A stretch of DNA of 64,000 nucleotides from Octopus sinensis (Eukaryota): contig NC_043000.1 of NCBI RefSeq assembly GCF_006345805.1, positions 32,054,001 through 32,118,000 on the forward strand, read 5' to 3'. Within the stretch, counting starts at the first letter, position 1. Every line of letters begins with the position of its first letter. The position numbers and the translations under genes are program-made. The notes below the pieces were generated by a model. It had not been told where the DNA came from, made no database searches, and saw only the letters and a program-made list of their open reading frames with translations. Below, piece by piece: positions 52,028-64,000 of this stretch.

Positions 52028-54154
52028 ATATAATATATATATATTGGACTCCAAAATAGAGGCAAACTCCAACATTTCCAATGGTGAGCTTCGCCAACTG
52101 TGAATATCTCTTGCACATGAAACCATTAGTTGCCTTCCTAACCCATAAATAAAGAATATTTATCCAGCAATGTGGTGCTGAGCTCTCACTCTCGTTGTTC
52201 GATATTAGCGTACATATCTGTGAGAGCTTACAATAGATAAAAAATGAAATGTCTTCCGATTGTGAAGAGAAGTATTTTTCCCCGTAAAGAATTTAAGCAG
52301 GGTTATTTTTACAATGGGTTAAATTTATAGAGCAGAGGTGGTTGTGTTATGTGGTCGGTATGGCATTGTGACATTTATTATGTGCCAGCGCTATATAGCT
52401 GAATCAGCAGTGTTATATATTTGAGATGGTTGTGTTATATTACTGATGTGATACTTTTATATATTTGCGACCGCAAATTCATAAATGAATTTGTGTGCAA
52501 TATAATGAAATTTAATGATTCCAGGTTAAACTATAATACTGGTTTCCACAGCTAATAATTGAGGCACTGTGGAAGCTAGTGATGTCGAAATTGCTGTCGG
52601 CTAATTAAATTGTTTATCAAGGATTTAAGCTGATTTAAGGGAAAATATAGTAAAGTGTCTTTCGCATAGGAGTCTCCGTTGTTAACAGTTTTAGCTCTAA
52701 GGTCATTAATATACAAACCAAATAGTGTAGGAGATGTAACAGAGCCTCGAGATACACCACAATATGGAATATGTGTTGGTACATGCTTTATCTTGTGTAT
52801 ATTTTACACTGATATTTTACATTTTATTTCCGAAAACCAAACACAGAGAAATGCTTAAATATTTACATACGTCCATATTTCATTTATTTGAGGAGATGAA
52901 TTTGAAACACGTTTACAAGGACAAGCGAAATTGTAAATACTATCGTTTCCCGTTCAGGATTTTCAATTTATTTGTCTACTTTTACAATTTATTATCAAAT
53001 TAAATCCCATCACCAAAATTGAACAATTAACCAATATCGTTGATAACCCTCCTTTCCCTTGTTATAATAATTTTGCGGTTTCATTCAGATACACAACTAC
53101 ACACCATCTGTACAGTTTCTAGCGTTTATTTCATTAACCAAACATCCATTCTGTGCTACAAAATTTCTGTGGAGCAGCAATATAGTTTTTCTGACAGCTT
53201 GCCATATTCCACTCTGTGAAACCATTATTCAATGGAGCCTAGTGTTTAGCAAATTAAAGGAGTTGCTTTTGCAACTGCTTAAAGGTTATCAGCTTATTGA
53301 GATACAAAATGGTGGCATAGTGAAGCTCAAATATCATACCGAGTTGCGGGTCGATCAACGCCTATCGGCTGAAAATGGAAGATACGCTGTTTCGATCTGT
53401 ATTGATAGTTTCTCTGAACTATGGATTGTGATTGATAAATTGTCGTGATGTGTGTGTGTGTGGTTTAAGAATCCATAAGTCCACAAAAATAAGTATTCGT
53501 ATATTTGTTAATAGAATGGACATATTCAAAGCATCGTTGATCCATTACGACCCATATTACTAATGGAATTCGTACAGGATATTTAGTAATTAGATTATTT
53601 AATAAATGTGCCCATCGAAGATGGTTGGCATCGAAAGAGCGGCGAGTAAGTGTCATCTCTCGTTTATAGGTTCTGTGAAAAAGAAGAAACAAATTACAGG
53701 ACGCAATCATTCGAGGAATTTATCAAGAGAGATGTTCCTTATACCCCCCCCTCAAAAAAACAACCTTAAGGGATTCGGGATAACCTTTGCCTCGGTTGTG
53801 AGTCTACATACGATATTTACTTTATATTGGGTGCATAACTAAAGGAAATTATTAAAGTGTGTCTATTAAGTATTTTACGGAACTTCGTACGGAGAAAGTG
53901 CTCATCCATTCAGGTAAGGAAGACCGTTAGCACACAAGGTTTTACACTTAGGGAGAAAGAGAAGAGAAAATACCATGGGAAAGAGTTCTGGTTAACACAC
54001 TCTTTCTCATGCATAAAAACAAGTGTAGGTAGGATTTTCCTTATCTCAGTAGATAAACACGTTTCCTGTACGAATGGATTCCGTAAAATAGTTAATAGAC
54101 ACACTTCAAGAATTCTTTTTAGCTGCACGCACTCACACATGTGTGTGTATGTGT

Positions 54155-54190
<36 letters not shown>

Positions 54191-54225
54191 TGTGTGTGTG
54201 TAGATATGTATATGTATAGTATATG

Positions 54226-54260
<35 letters not shown>

Positions 54261-54305
54261 TATATTTATTATATATTTATATATATATATATATTATATA
54301 TATAT

Positions 54306-54351
<46 letters not shown>

Positions 54352-54355
<4 letters not shown>

Positions 54356-55938
54356 GCTGCGGTGATGCATTGACTGTGCTACCCATTGAAACCTCCTCTG
54401 ATATGTGGCATTTGGCGAATGAGGGAGTTTGATGCTGCTGCCCTCATCTGTGTTTCCTGCCGTGAGGTAGGCTCGTCTAGAACCCTTGACAGGAGGAGAT
54501 CCAGTTTTGTTTTGAAGACACATCGACACCATGCATGTCTCTCGAGCAATTTGAAAGGATATTGAAGAGCTGTGAGCCCTTGAAACCCAAGCTGTTGCAG
54601 TATCTGGTCCTACATTTTCATGGAGATGCTGGGAACTTTGCAGTGGTGCCCCATTCTGCTGTTTGTGTAACTTTCAATGGCAAAGTTTGGTACAAGGCCT
54701 TTTAGGATTTTCCAGATGTATATCACAGCATATCTTTCCCACCTTCATTCTAGGGAGAAGAGTTTAAATTCTTTCAATCTTTCCTATTAGCTGATATGTT
54801 GCATTGAGAAATTTTCTCTATGTAGCTTCATTGGATTGCTTCGAGTTCCGTCGTTAATTTTATATTCTGTGGTGACCATAGTTGGGAGAAGTAGTCAAAG
54901 CGGCTGAGGACGTATACCCGCCAAAGGATCATCATTGTCTCTTCTTCTCTTGTTTTGCAAGTTCGGAATATCCATCCAGCTAGCCGTCCGCATTTTATTA
55001 CCAAATTGGTAATATGCATCTGGAAAGATGCATCATTGCTCATGTGAATGCCCAGGTCATGCACTGATTTTGATTCAGAGTTTACAATTCCTCCAGAGCT
55101 AAGGTATATTACGTCCATATTTGAGTTGTTGAGTAAATGCTTCAACACCCAGGCAGCTTCTACCTGGTCAAAATCCATGCTGAGTGTCAGTTAACAAGTC
55201 ATTCAAGGAACGCGATTAGTTTCTTGCGTATTATTCGTTCCATGACTTTGCTGATGTGTGAGGTCAGAGAGATAAGCATCTGCTCTGCCCGCTCCTTTAT
55301 GCATAGGGCCTATTATCCCTTAATTCAGTTTGTCTGCGAGCTTACCACTTACAAGAAAGCTCTGAAAAAGAAGAGGCAGTGGTTTTGCAAGGGCTCATTT
55401 GCACGATTTTAGAAGGACCGCTGGGATTCCTTCAGGGCCAGCAGCTGAGTTTGTGTTAACCTCATCTATGGTTAGTGTTACAACTTCATCAATGTTGATG
55501 TAATCAATTTTCGCCTCATTGGTTACAAGAAAAGTGGCAAAGATTGCTGCTGGTTTGTTCACTTGCCTGTGTCCTAGAGGTGTACTGAACACACTTTGGA
55601 ACTGTTCGTTCACTTATCCTGGGGTTTCCTGCGAGGGAGTCATCTTTTTTGGAAGAGTCCTATCTTGTGGCGTACTGAGGCTGTTTCTCTGGCAAACTTA
55701 AAGCTTTACGGTTCGACTTGATATTTTCTATAACCCAAGCTTCCTTATCTGCTCTCTCCTCTTCATGGGACTAATGCAGACTTTTCTCAATCTCCAACAG
55801 CGCTCTCTCCGGGCGAAAATTGTCACCACTTTCGGGGTGCTTGTTCAAGCGGTTCGCAGTCTTTGTCCGTCGTTTCATAAGAATCTTCCTTTCCCTAGAG
55901 ATCCTATTTTGGGGTATGTTGACCCTGCGCTCTGGTAC
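54352..55938 (-). mobile_element. CR1/L2-group LINE fragment with deleted RT core
   Basis: NEQFQSVFS, SAAGPEGIPAVLLK, SHISKVMERII, QHGFRPGRSCL and DVIYL, then DLGIHMSNDASFQMHI...DYFSQLWSP..LEAIQ. Confidence 0.88.
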
Positions 55939-55972
55939 ATACATACATACATACATATACAATATATATATA

Positions 55973-56012
<40 letters not shown>

Positions 56013-56029
56013 AGAGTTTACGAAAAAAA

Positions 56030-56195
56030 CAAAAGACGAAGACAGGTGGTATAGAAAACAAACAGATGTATTAGTATAACGCTCAGGAATTCAAAAAGTC
56101 TTTTACGTTTCGAGCCTACGCTCTTCTACAGAAAGGGACACAGAAAAAAAAACAAGGAGAGAAAAAAAATGTGTGTAGTGGCTAGCGATCTATCA
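56030..56195 (-). mobile_element. Penelope-like terminal remnant with a variant minimal hammerhead (56100-56135)
   Basis: Minus strand: CTTT-CTGTAGA-A-GAGC(gtag)GCTC-GAA-ACGT-A-AAAG; ends in (TA)n. Confidence 0.6.
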
Positions 56196-56394
56196 CGACA
56201 GGCTTCCACTCAACTTCCATCTGCCAAGTCCATTCACAAGGCTCCGGTTAGCCCGGAGTTATAGCAGAAGATAGATGCACAAGGTGCCCCATTCTGGGAC
56301 TGAACATGAAGCCGTTCGGTTAGGAAACGAGGTTCCTAATCACACAGCCACACCTGCGACTATATGGATATGTGCGTATGTATTTATATACATA

Positions 56395-56467
<73 letters not shown>

Positions 56468-56964
56468 ACATATATATATTCAAGCGGGAGAGAAAGAAAA
56501 AAGAATGACAAAAAGTGGAGGAGAAATTCCATTACAAATATAATTGAATACGTGAAAATACACCCACCTACACACACACACACACACATACATGCATACA
56601 CCCAACCACACACCCACGCACGCATACACATCCACAGACACACACATCCAGTCAAACAGACATTTAATCATGTACGTGTGTAAATACATACATACATACA
56701 TACATATCTTTTATATATGTTTATTTTCATAAATCTGTGTGTGTTTATATGTGAACTTAACCATAAATATATATATGTGTGTATAGATGTAAGTAACCAT
56801 AAGAGTATGTGCGTGTATACGTGTCAGTTATTATATATACATACATACAGTGTCCTAATATTGATTTCTTCCACCCTCCCACCTCTCTTCTCCACCCACT
56901 CACCTTCCTTCTGTCTTTCCTATTTTCTTTATCTCTCTTATGTCTTTCTTTTGGCTTACATCCC

Positions 56965-57537
56965 CCAACTCTCTCTCTCTCTCTCTCGCCACCTCCCTCT
57001 CTCTCTCCCTCTCCCTCTCTCTTTCCTTCCCTCCCACCTCTATCTCTCTCTTTCCTTCCCTCTCCACCTCCCTCTCTCTCTCTTTCCTTCCCTCTCCACC
57101 TCCCACTCTCTCTCTCTTTCCTTCCCTCTCTACATCTCTCTCTCTTTCTTTCCCTCTCCATCTCTCTCTCTTTCCTTCCCTCTCCATCTCTTTTTTCCTT
57201 CCCTCTCCCTCTATTCTCTCTCACTCCATCTCTCTCTCCTCCACCTCCCTCTCTCTCTCCTTCTCTCTCTCTTTCCTTCCCTCTCCACCTCCATCTCCAT
57301 CTCTCTCTTTCCTTCCCTCTCCACCTCCTTCTCCATCTCTCTCTTTCCTTCCCTCTCCACTTCTCTCTCTCTCTTTCCTTCCCTCTCCACCTCCCTCTCT
57401 CTCTCTTTCCTTCCCTCTCCATCTCTCTCGCTCTCTCTCTTTCCTTCCCTCTCCATCTCTCTCTCTTTTTCCTTCCCTCTCCCTCTACCTCTCTCTCACT
57501 CCATCTCTCTCACTCCATCTCTCTCGCTCTCCCTCTA
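56965..57537. repeat. Polypyrimidine minisatellite (unit about 26-30 bp, CTCTCTCTTTCCTTCCCTCTCCAYCTC)
   Basis: Direct reading; explains the S/L/P and E/R/G ORFs. Confidence 0.9.
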
Positions 57538-57578
57538 TTTTAGAATAGGTTAGTTATCAAGCCAGTAAAATATCACAG

Positions 57579-57619
<41 letters not shown>

Positions 57620-57765
57620 GCATACAGGAACGTCGATATTCAGCTGTTTCTGACAACAGACACCTGGATTTTTATACAAATTCAACAGACTCTACAACCC
57701 ATGGAACTCACATATTCGAATAAGAGGCAGAGAGATTCAATAGATGCACAACAGCAGAGAGAGAA

Positions 57766-57817
<52 letters not shown>

Positions 57818-57985
57818 TACAGCAGCTCTTAAAACAATACCAAAAGGAAAATCATAAATAAATTCATAAATATGTGGGGAGGGGAGGGTTAAGAATAGAA
57901 TAAAAAATTCAATGGTGATTTGTAGTCAGTCGGTTTTGATTGAGAAATGATATTTTCTGTTCATTACATGGGTTCTTATTTATTA

Positions 57986-58035
<50 letters not shown>

Positions 58036-58162
58036 CATGTGCATGTGCGTGTGTGTGTTTTAATCCATAATTTTATAGTTTAAATAGAACAGCTACATAT
58101 ATTTCAGTACAATGTATTAAATAGAACTAGAATACACACACACATATATATATATAACATGC

Positions 58163-58199
<37 letters not shown>

Positions 58200-61100
58200 A
58201 TATATGTATGTATGCATGTATGTATGTATGTATGTATGTATGTATGTATTTATGTATGTATGTATGTATGATTTATGTATGTATGTATGTATGTATGTAT
58301 GTATGTATGTATGTATGTATGTATGTATGTATGTATTATGTATGTATTGTATGTATGTATGTGTATGTATGTATGTATTTATGTATGTATGTATGTATGT
58401 ATGTATGTATGTATGTATGTATGCATCAGATTAAGTAGCACAGCTTCAGAGTACAGAATAGAGAACAGACTGCATTCTATGATAGTTTAGATAGAACAAT
58501 CGCAATGTAATTCAGAATAACAGATTAAAGAAAGCACAGAATCTAATATGTGAGATTATATGAGAACAGATGCAATATCTTTCTGTATAATACATTAAAT
58601 GGAACATAGAATATATATTATAATACTATAGTTTCCTGATGTGACTCTTCATTCCCCATGTGCCTCTTACTTCCTCCATGCAGCATCCTCATTTTTCCCG
58701 TGGCACTTCATGTAATTCTTCATCCCGTGGCTTTGCATTTTCCCATAAGACTCTTCCTTCCCCATCATTGACATCTACCATCCTCACCTATTACTCATCA
58801 TCATCATCATCATCATGCTACTCGTGCAGTTTCTTGTGCAACCTCCTTATCAACAACCAGCTTGCAGTTAGAATTGCCTTTCCACCACTACTCCCTTCCC
58901 TACCATCTTCTCCCCCCCACCGCCCTCAATCCACTGTTTTTTCCATGGCCTGTTTTCTCTCCCCCCCTCTCTCCCTCTCTCTCCATCTCTCTCCACACTC
59001 TGCTCGCTATTCTCTCTTGTAATCACTCTCAGGACTCTTTGAACCTTGCTGAGGACATGACAACCTTTATAGTGGCGGTGCCATGATAAAACATAACCAA
59101 AACCATTCTGCAAAGGGACTGATATTTGGAAGGACATCCAGCCATAAAATCGTGCCGTAAATGGGACGTAGGAAGGAGATGTGGTCTTCTGGTATGTTTA
59201 GGATGACAGTAACTTCGAATAAGAACTGACTTAAATTATAATAATCCGTCCAATACATACCTGTGCGGAAAGGAGACGTAAAATGACGATGAGCTTAAGT
59301 AGAACAGCAAGAATGCATGACGACAATTTGTGAAATGAAAGATGAGAATATATTGTAATTAGTCGCTATTATTTCATTTTACATTGAGTGTTCAATGTAG
59401 CTACCATTTAGCAATAGTCTACTTTTCGGAACTAAACATTTGAGGCTAGCGCTGGTTTTTTGTTCGCCCCACTTAGCTGTATGTTTGGTGTACAAGTAAT
59501 GAATCTATGAACAGATATCCTATGTATCTCTAATGATCTGCTGTCTATGCTGAATATTTACAGAGTTCAAAATGTGATTAGCAATTATTTCATCAATTCC
59601 AGCGTTGAACTCTGGGCGTCGACGGACTAAATACTGACAGGAATTCTCTTCATTAGATTATTTACTTCAGTTAATTAGAATTATTGGCCTGTAGTTTAGT
59701 GCACCGTTGAAGTCTTTAACATTGAGGTTTAAATATTTCTCGGTGTTAATGATCGAATCCTCTCGGGGCAAATAGAATTGTTTGCAAAGTTCTTTTATCT
59801 TTATCCATCCATGCCCCACCGTTTTACAAGAAACGCGATTTGTTTTCACAATTGTTAGCTCGTTATTTGATTAATAGGAAGTCTTAAAGAATCGCATGCT
59901 AACTGCCTTCATATATGTCTCCCGGGGATTAAAAACAAGTCTGCTTAAACGTCCACCTGACGGGAATTCTTAATCAGTTTTGAGTGACAACTAATCCTCA
60001 TTTAAGGAGAAAGGTTAGTAACTTTTGGTTGGTGGAGCCATTCATCTGTTTGGTTTCCAGAAGGAACTCGTTTAATAAGGACTGCTTCGACCGGCAATCG
60101 TTTTCCAGTTAACTTGGCAATCTTATCATCATTCATGTTTCAGTATGATCAAAACATTTTAATCTACTTTATTAAGTATGATCACGTGGTCATAATAAAG
60201 AGGATCTGAAGAAATGGACGCACTGCGAAGTTCAAGGTTCAAATCGTGTGAAAAGTTGCCGTAATTTGTAAAAAACTGATTGAAGGCACGATATGATTTC
60301 TTAGCAAGAAATCAACGCCATAACTAAAATGGTTAATGGAAAAGTATCAATGGATTCTAATCACAGGCATTATTCAATTACTTAACCAATATTCTGGACC
60401 ATTTTCACTATCCAAAACAACATCTGTTGAAGACAGACACCAACATTCAGTCAGGTATGAGTTGTACTTTTATCATTTCCTGAAATTGTTTAAATAAATA
60501 TCTTAATGTTAGGACATTTCCTATCAATGTTCACCTGCCTATCTAATGCCTACACCATCACTGCTTTTCAACAAATCTTATCTTACTGGTTTCGATAACA
60601 GAGATCTCAAAATCTAAGACCTACAGGACTTTATAGCATTAAGCTTATCAAACTAAGCCAAAATTGAAATAAACCATTAAAAACAAAAAAGTGCATTAAA
60701 CTAGTGTTTGATTCTTGCAGATTTTTAAAAGAACTTTTGTGAATAATTTAGCGGAATGGTGAGACAATTGCTGAAGGATTTACGGAGGTAATAGCATAAA
60801 AAATGAAGTAGTTTCTATAAAGCTTTGTCATTGCCATAAATTTCTAACGTGTAATAGAAACAGTTTTCCCCAGCGCCTGGTGTGAGTTGCAGACAATTTC
60901 CATAAATCGTTATCGAGAGATGGACACTTAAAACTGTGGACTCCTCTATCAGGTTGCTTAGTTTACTTGTTATTCTGTATTGACTCTAAAATGTATTTTC
61001 TGCTGCACCAAAGGAAAGGTTTACAGTAATATTCGTTTGAATATTCATAGCGCTATACTTGTAAGATTATTTTTGACTAATAACAATAAAAGCAACGATA

Positions 61101-61697
61101 TTCAACAAAGAGAAGAGGCAGCTGTTCTAACTAAATGCCAGGTTAAATGTGTAATTTTGGTAGCAATAAAATCTGTTTCAGTCTCTATAATTAGAAATGG
61201 CATCTATCTTAGTTCACCGTTAATGACCAAGGCTATATGAAATATGTCGCACTCTCGCGTTTAGGATTATATTTCCAAACATTATTCACATAAATCCAAA
61301 GAGCACGTGTTTAGAATGTTAGACCTCTCTATAATACAGCTAATGTTAGAGTAAGAATCTTCTTTACCATTCCATTTCAATTACATAATTAATGAGAACA
61401 TAGTGACAATGGTTGATACAACTCAGCAATGTGACGGTGAAAGCATATGCCATGTTCAAATCCTTTTAGGAGGCCCAGAACTGGCAATTATTAGCTTTTG
61501 AAATGTTTCTTCAAACACACAACTACTACAGCCGTTTACTGCTAAAAAGGTGTGCCTACTTGTGATACTTATTTGCAGAAAAATGGAGTGAGTCATCAAG
61601 AGCTTTAAACAAGTGAAAAGTTAAATGTCCTAGCCATGAGAATGCAGAAACGAATAAGAATAATCTACATGCCCCTCAACTAATGTTCAAGATAATA

Positions 61698-61969
61698 CAG
61701 TTCTATATTTAAGAAATGAGAACTTATTTACATTATTTACATTTGACGGATGTTTGTCCTCAACATGTTCGTTGTTAACGCAACGTTTCGGCTGATATAT
61801 CCTCCAGCCTTCATCAGGTGTCTTGGGGAAATTTCGAACCTGGATTCTCATTCCTAAAATATTTTTCGATGTTCTTCTTCTTCTTATTATTATTATTAAG
61901 GTCACTGTCTGGAATCGAAACTGGAATCTTGCGGTTAGTAGCCCGCGCTCTTAACCACTAGTCCATATG
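61698..61969 (-). mobile_element. Short element: tRNA-like head, (TAA)n, hammerhead-containing tail
   Basis: Minus strand: TGGACTAGTGG (A-box), GTTTCGATTCC (B-box), TAA/GAA run, GACAC-CTGATGA-A-GGCTG(gaggatatat)CAGCC-GAA-ACGT-T-GCGTT. Confidence 0.75.
61776..61823 (-). ncRNA. Minimal type I hammerhead, dimer type (palindromic ACGT stem III)
   Basis: Full CUGAUGA/GAAA core, 5-bp stem II, GUU triplet, stem I GACAC/GCGTT with one mismatch. Confidence 0.75.
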
Positions 61970-61980
61970 ACAAATCTCAC

Positions 61981-62051
61981 GGGCATATGGCGTAGTGGCT
62001 AAGAGCGCGGGCTACTAATCCCAAGATTCCGAGTTCGATTCCAAGCAGTGT

Positions 62052-62103
<52 letters not shown>
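61981..62103 (+). mobile_element. Inverted partial copy of the tRNA-like head, plus (TAA)n
   Basis: TGGCGTAGTGG and GAGTTCGATTCC; 61984-62054 is the reverse complement of 61899-61969 with a few mismatches. Confidence 0.8.
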
Positions 62104-62104
<1 letters not shown>

Positions 62105-62177
62105 TGCTGCAACCACTGCTGCTACCACACATAAAAACAATAATATCAGTGATATCAGTGATGATAATAATAATAAT

Positions 62178-62518
62178 GAAAGGAAACGGGTGGAGCTTCC
62201 TCCTCCTCGTGGGCAGAATAAGGATACATCTAGTGATGGTGTCACAATAAAAATACTGGTAATTGCGCAACCTGATAATCGCTACCTCATATGAGTGCCA
62301 ATGAAAAAACAAAATATTGTGAATAACGGTGGTAATGAAACTGAAGCCAATGATGGTGATAGTGTTACCCCCGGTAGGCTCAGAGATTCTGGTCTGGCTC
62401 CAGCCTGTCGATATCCAGAAAGAGACCACCACACACGGCGTAGATGGAGTAAGCAAATTAATGCTGTGGTCATGGAGTGTTACTACCTGAGCAACCCGGT
62501 AGAGGAAAATGATGAGTT
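62178..62518 (+). mobile_element. 5' end of an R4/Dong-clade retrotransposon (UTR plus N-terminus)
   Basis: Follows (TAA)n. RRRWSKQINAVVMECYYLSNP resembles the conserved N-terminal motif of R4/Dong ORFs; truncated afterwards. Confidence 0.6.
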
Positions 62519-64000
62519 TACTGGAAGAAGGGACTTTATCCTCTTATGCTTTCCTTGGTTGATAAGATCGATGTGGTTCATGTTCTATTTTCTGCAGAAA
62601 AAAAAACATGTGACCCGAGGTTGTAGGAAGAATGGGAATGTGCTAAATACTGGGTCTCGATAGGTGAAGGCAATACGTGTTATAAAGGAAGGAGGGTGAG
62701 TCATCATGTGGACCTGAGTGGAAAATACACGAGATCAGCCAGCTTCAAGAAACAGAGGCCCCAGTAGTAAAGACGCTCTAATCACAGCAATGCGTCTTCA
62801 TGGTTTAGTGGTTTGAGTGTCGGGCTCACATTCATTGAGGTAGTGAGTTTGATTCCCGGACAGGGCTGTGTAGTGTGTTCTTTGAGCAAGACACTTTATT
62901 TCGCGTTGCTCCAGTCCACTCAGCTGTTGAAATGAGTTGCGACGTCATAGGTGCCGATCTGTGTCAGCCTTTGCCTTTCCCTTGGATAACATCGGTGTCG
63001 TGAAGAGGGGAGGCTGGCAAGTATGGGCAACTGCTGGTCTTCCATAAACAACCTTGCCCGGACTTGTGCCTCGGAAGGGAACTTTCTAGGTGCAATCCCA
63101 CGGTCAGTCATGACCGAAGGGTGCCTTTACCTTGTAGCGGTCCTAGTAATGATGGTAAAAATCATAGTGAGAAGACAGTGTGTCTGTGGGCCAGGAATGG
63201 AGTGAATTTAGCGGGGTGTAAATGAAAGTGAAATCTAGATGTAACTAACTGAAAGGTCACCACTATTTAACTGTGCTTCTTAACGTTGCGTTTAATCAAA
63301 TGATGCAAACAGGATGCCATTTACTCTTACAAACAATAAAGCTCTTCATTTAAGCGATATTTCTTTTATCGGTAAAAATTGTTGCTGGCGTAATAAGAAT
63401 TTAGAAACTTCGAGAGACGGAAAATAATTCCACCTTTAAAAATGAATTATTTCACGCTCTCTCGAAGGTTTTACATTCTTGATATAAACAGTGTAAAATT
63501 TTCGCTGCTAAGAATAAAGCTTCTTAAATGAACAGAGAAATTCGGAGGCTTCCGTCGGTGCTTTTGAAGAACGTTTGTCACATTTACACATGTGAGTTCC
63601 ATCCCGACGGACCGCATTCAACATTTTCGATCCAAAAGTTTTATTTTAACCAGATACGTACACTATTGTTATTTATAGCTTTATCGACTTCGAGTTCCAT
63701 CTTTAAAAACAGATTACAGCTGTATTTAGTGCACTTAACTGAAGTTCATTTGGAACAAGACTATAGTCTCCTTACCACGTCGCTGCTCTCGTAGACACCC
63801 TTACTCTGATCTAGAAACTATTTCAAAACGAACAAATAAACAAAAACCCACATGTGGAATTTGTAGGAGATGATCATATTATTATTTGGCAACACACACA
63901 GGACCTAACTTTCGAACTACTGAAGATTTCTTCTATACATTTTTGATCGATAAATGGCTTTTCATTTTTGGCAGTGAATGGAAAATTTTTCAAACTTTCT

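Noticed and set aside
53242-53448. Non-repetitive short ORFs (also 6602-6811, 59667-59849, 38174-38610)
   Set aside because: No recognisable domains; lengths compatible with chance.
61981-62054. Functional tRNA gene
   Set aside because: A/B boxes are present, but the stems pair poorly, there is no oligo-T terminator and it runs into (TAA)n. Treated as a SINE-type head, like the other tRNA-like heads.
63530-63790. Faint mariner N-terminus-like reading on the minus strand
   Set aside because: Too eroded; no TIR or catalytic motif found.

Overview
AT-rich eukaryotic (animal) non-coding DNA, dense in microsatellites and decayed mobile elements. The repeat repertoire resembles an octopus/cephalopod genome (inference, not checked). 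No intact host protein-coding gene, rRNA, bona fide tRNA gene or CRISPR array is supported; nearly all listed ORFs are microsatellite translations or transposon fragments. Recognisable content: six mariner relics, a probable spliced Merlin/ISXO2-type transposase relic, LINE fragments (CR1-like x2, RTE, R4/Dong x2, Tx1-like), two Penelope-like GIY-YIG fragments, a probable solo LTR, Helitron-like termini and about 20 tRNA-derived SINE copies. Most notable: at least five hand-foldable type I hammerhead ribozymes of different sequence (28.45, 44.56, 49.53, 56.10, 61.78 kb), plus decayed or partial ones. The one at 61.78 kb lies in a short element that joins a tRNA-like Pol III head, (TAA)n and a Penelope-type hammerhead tail, with an inverted head-to-head duplicate: a candidate Penelope-mobilised ribozyme SINE. 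Also a near-perfect 143-bp-arm palindrome and a mariner built from two left ends. All folds and family assignments were made by eye.
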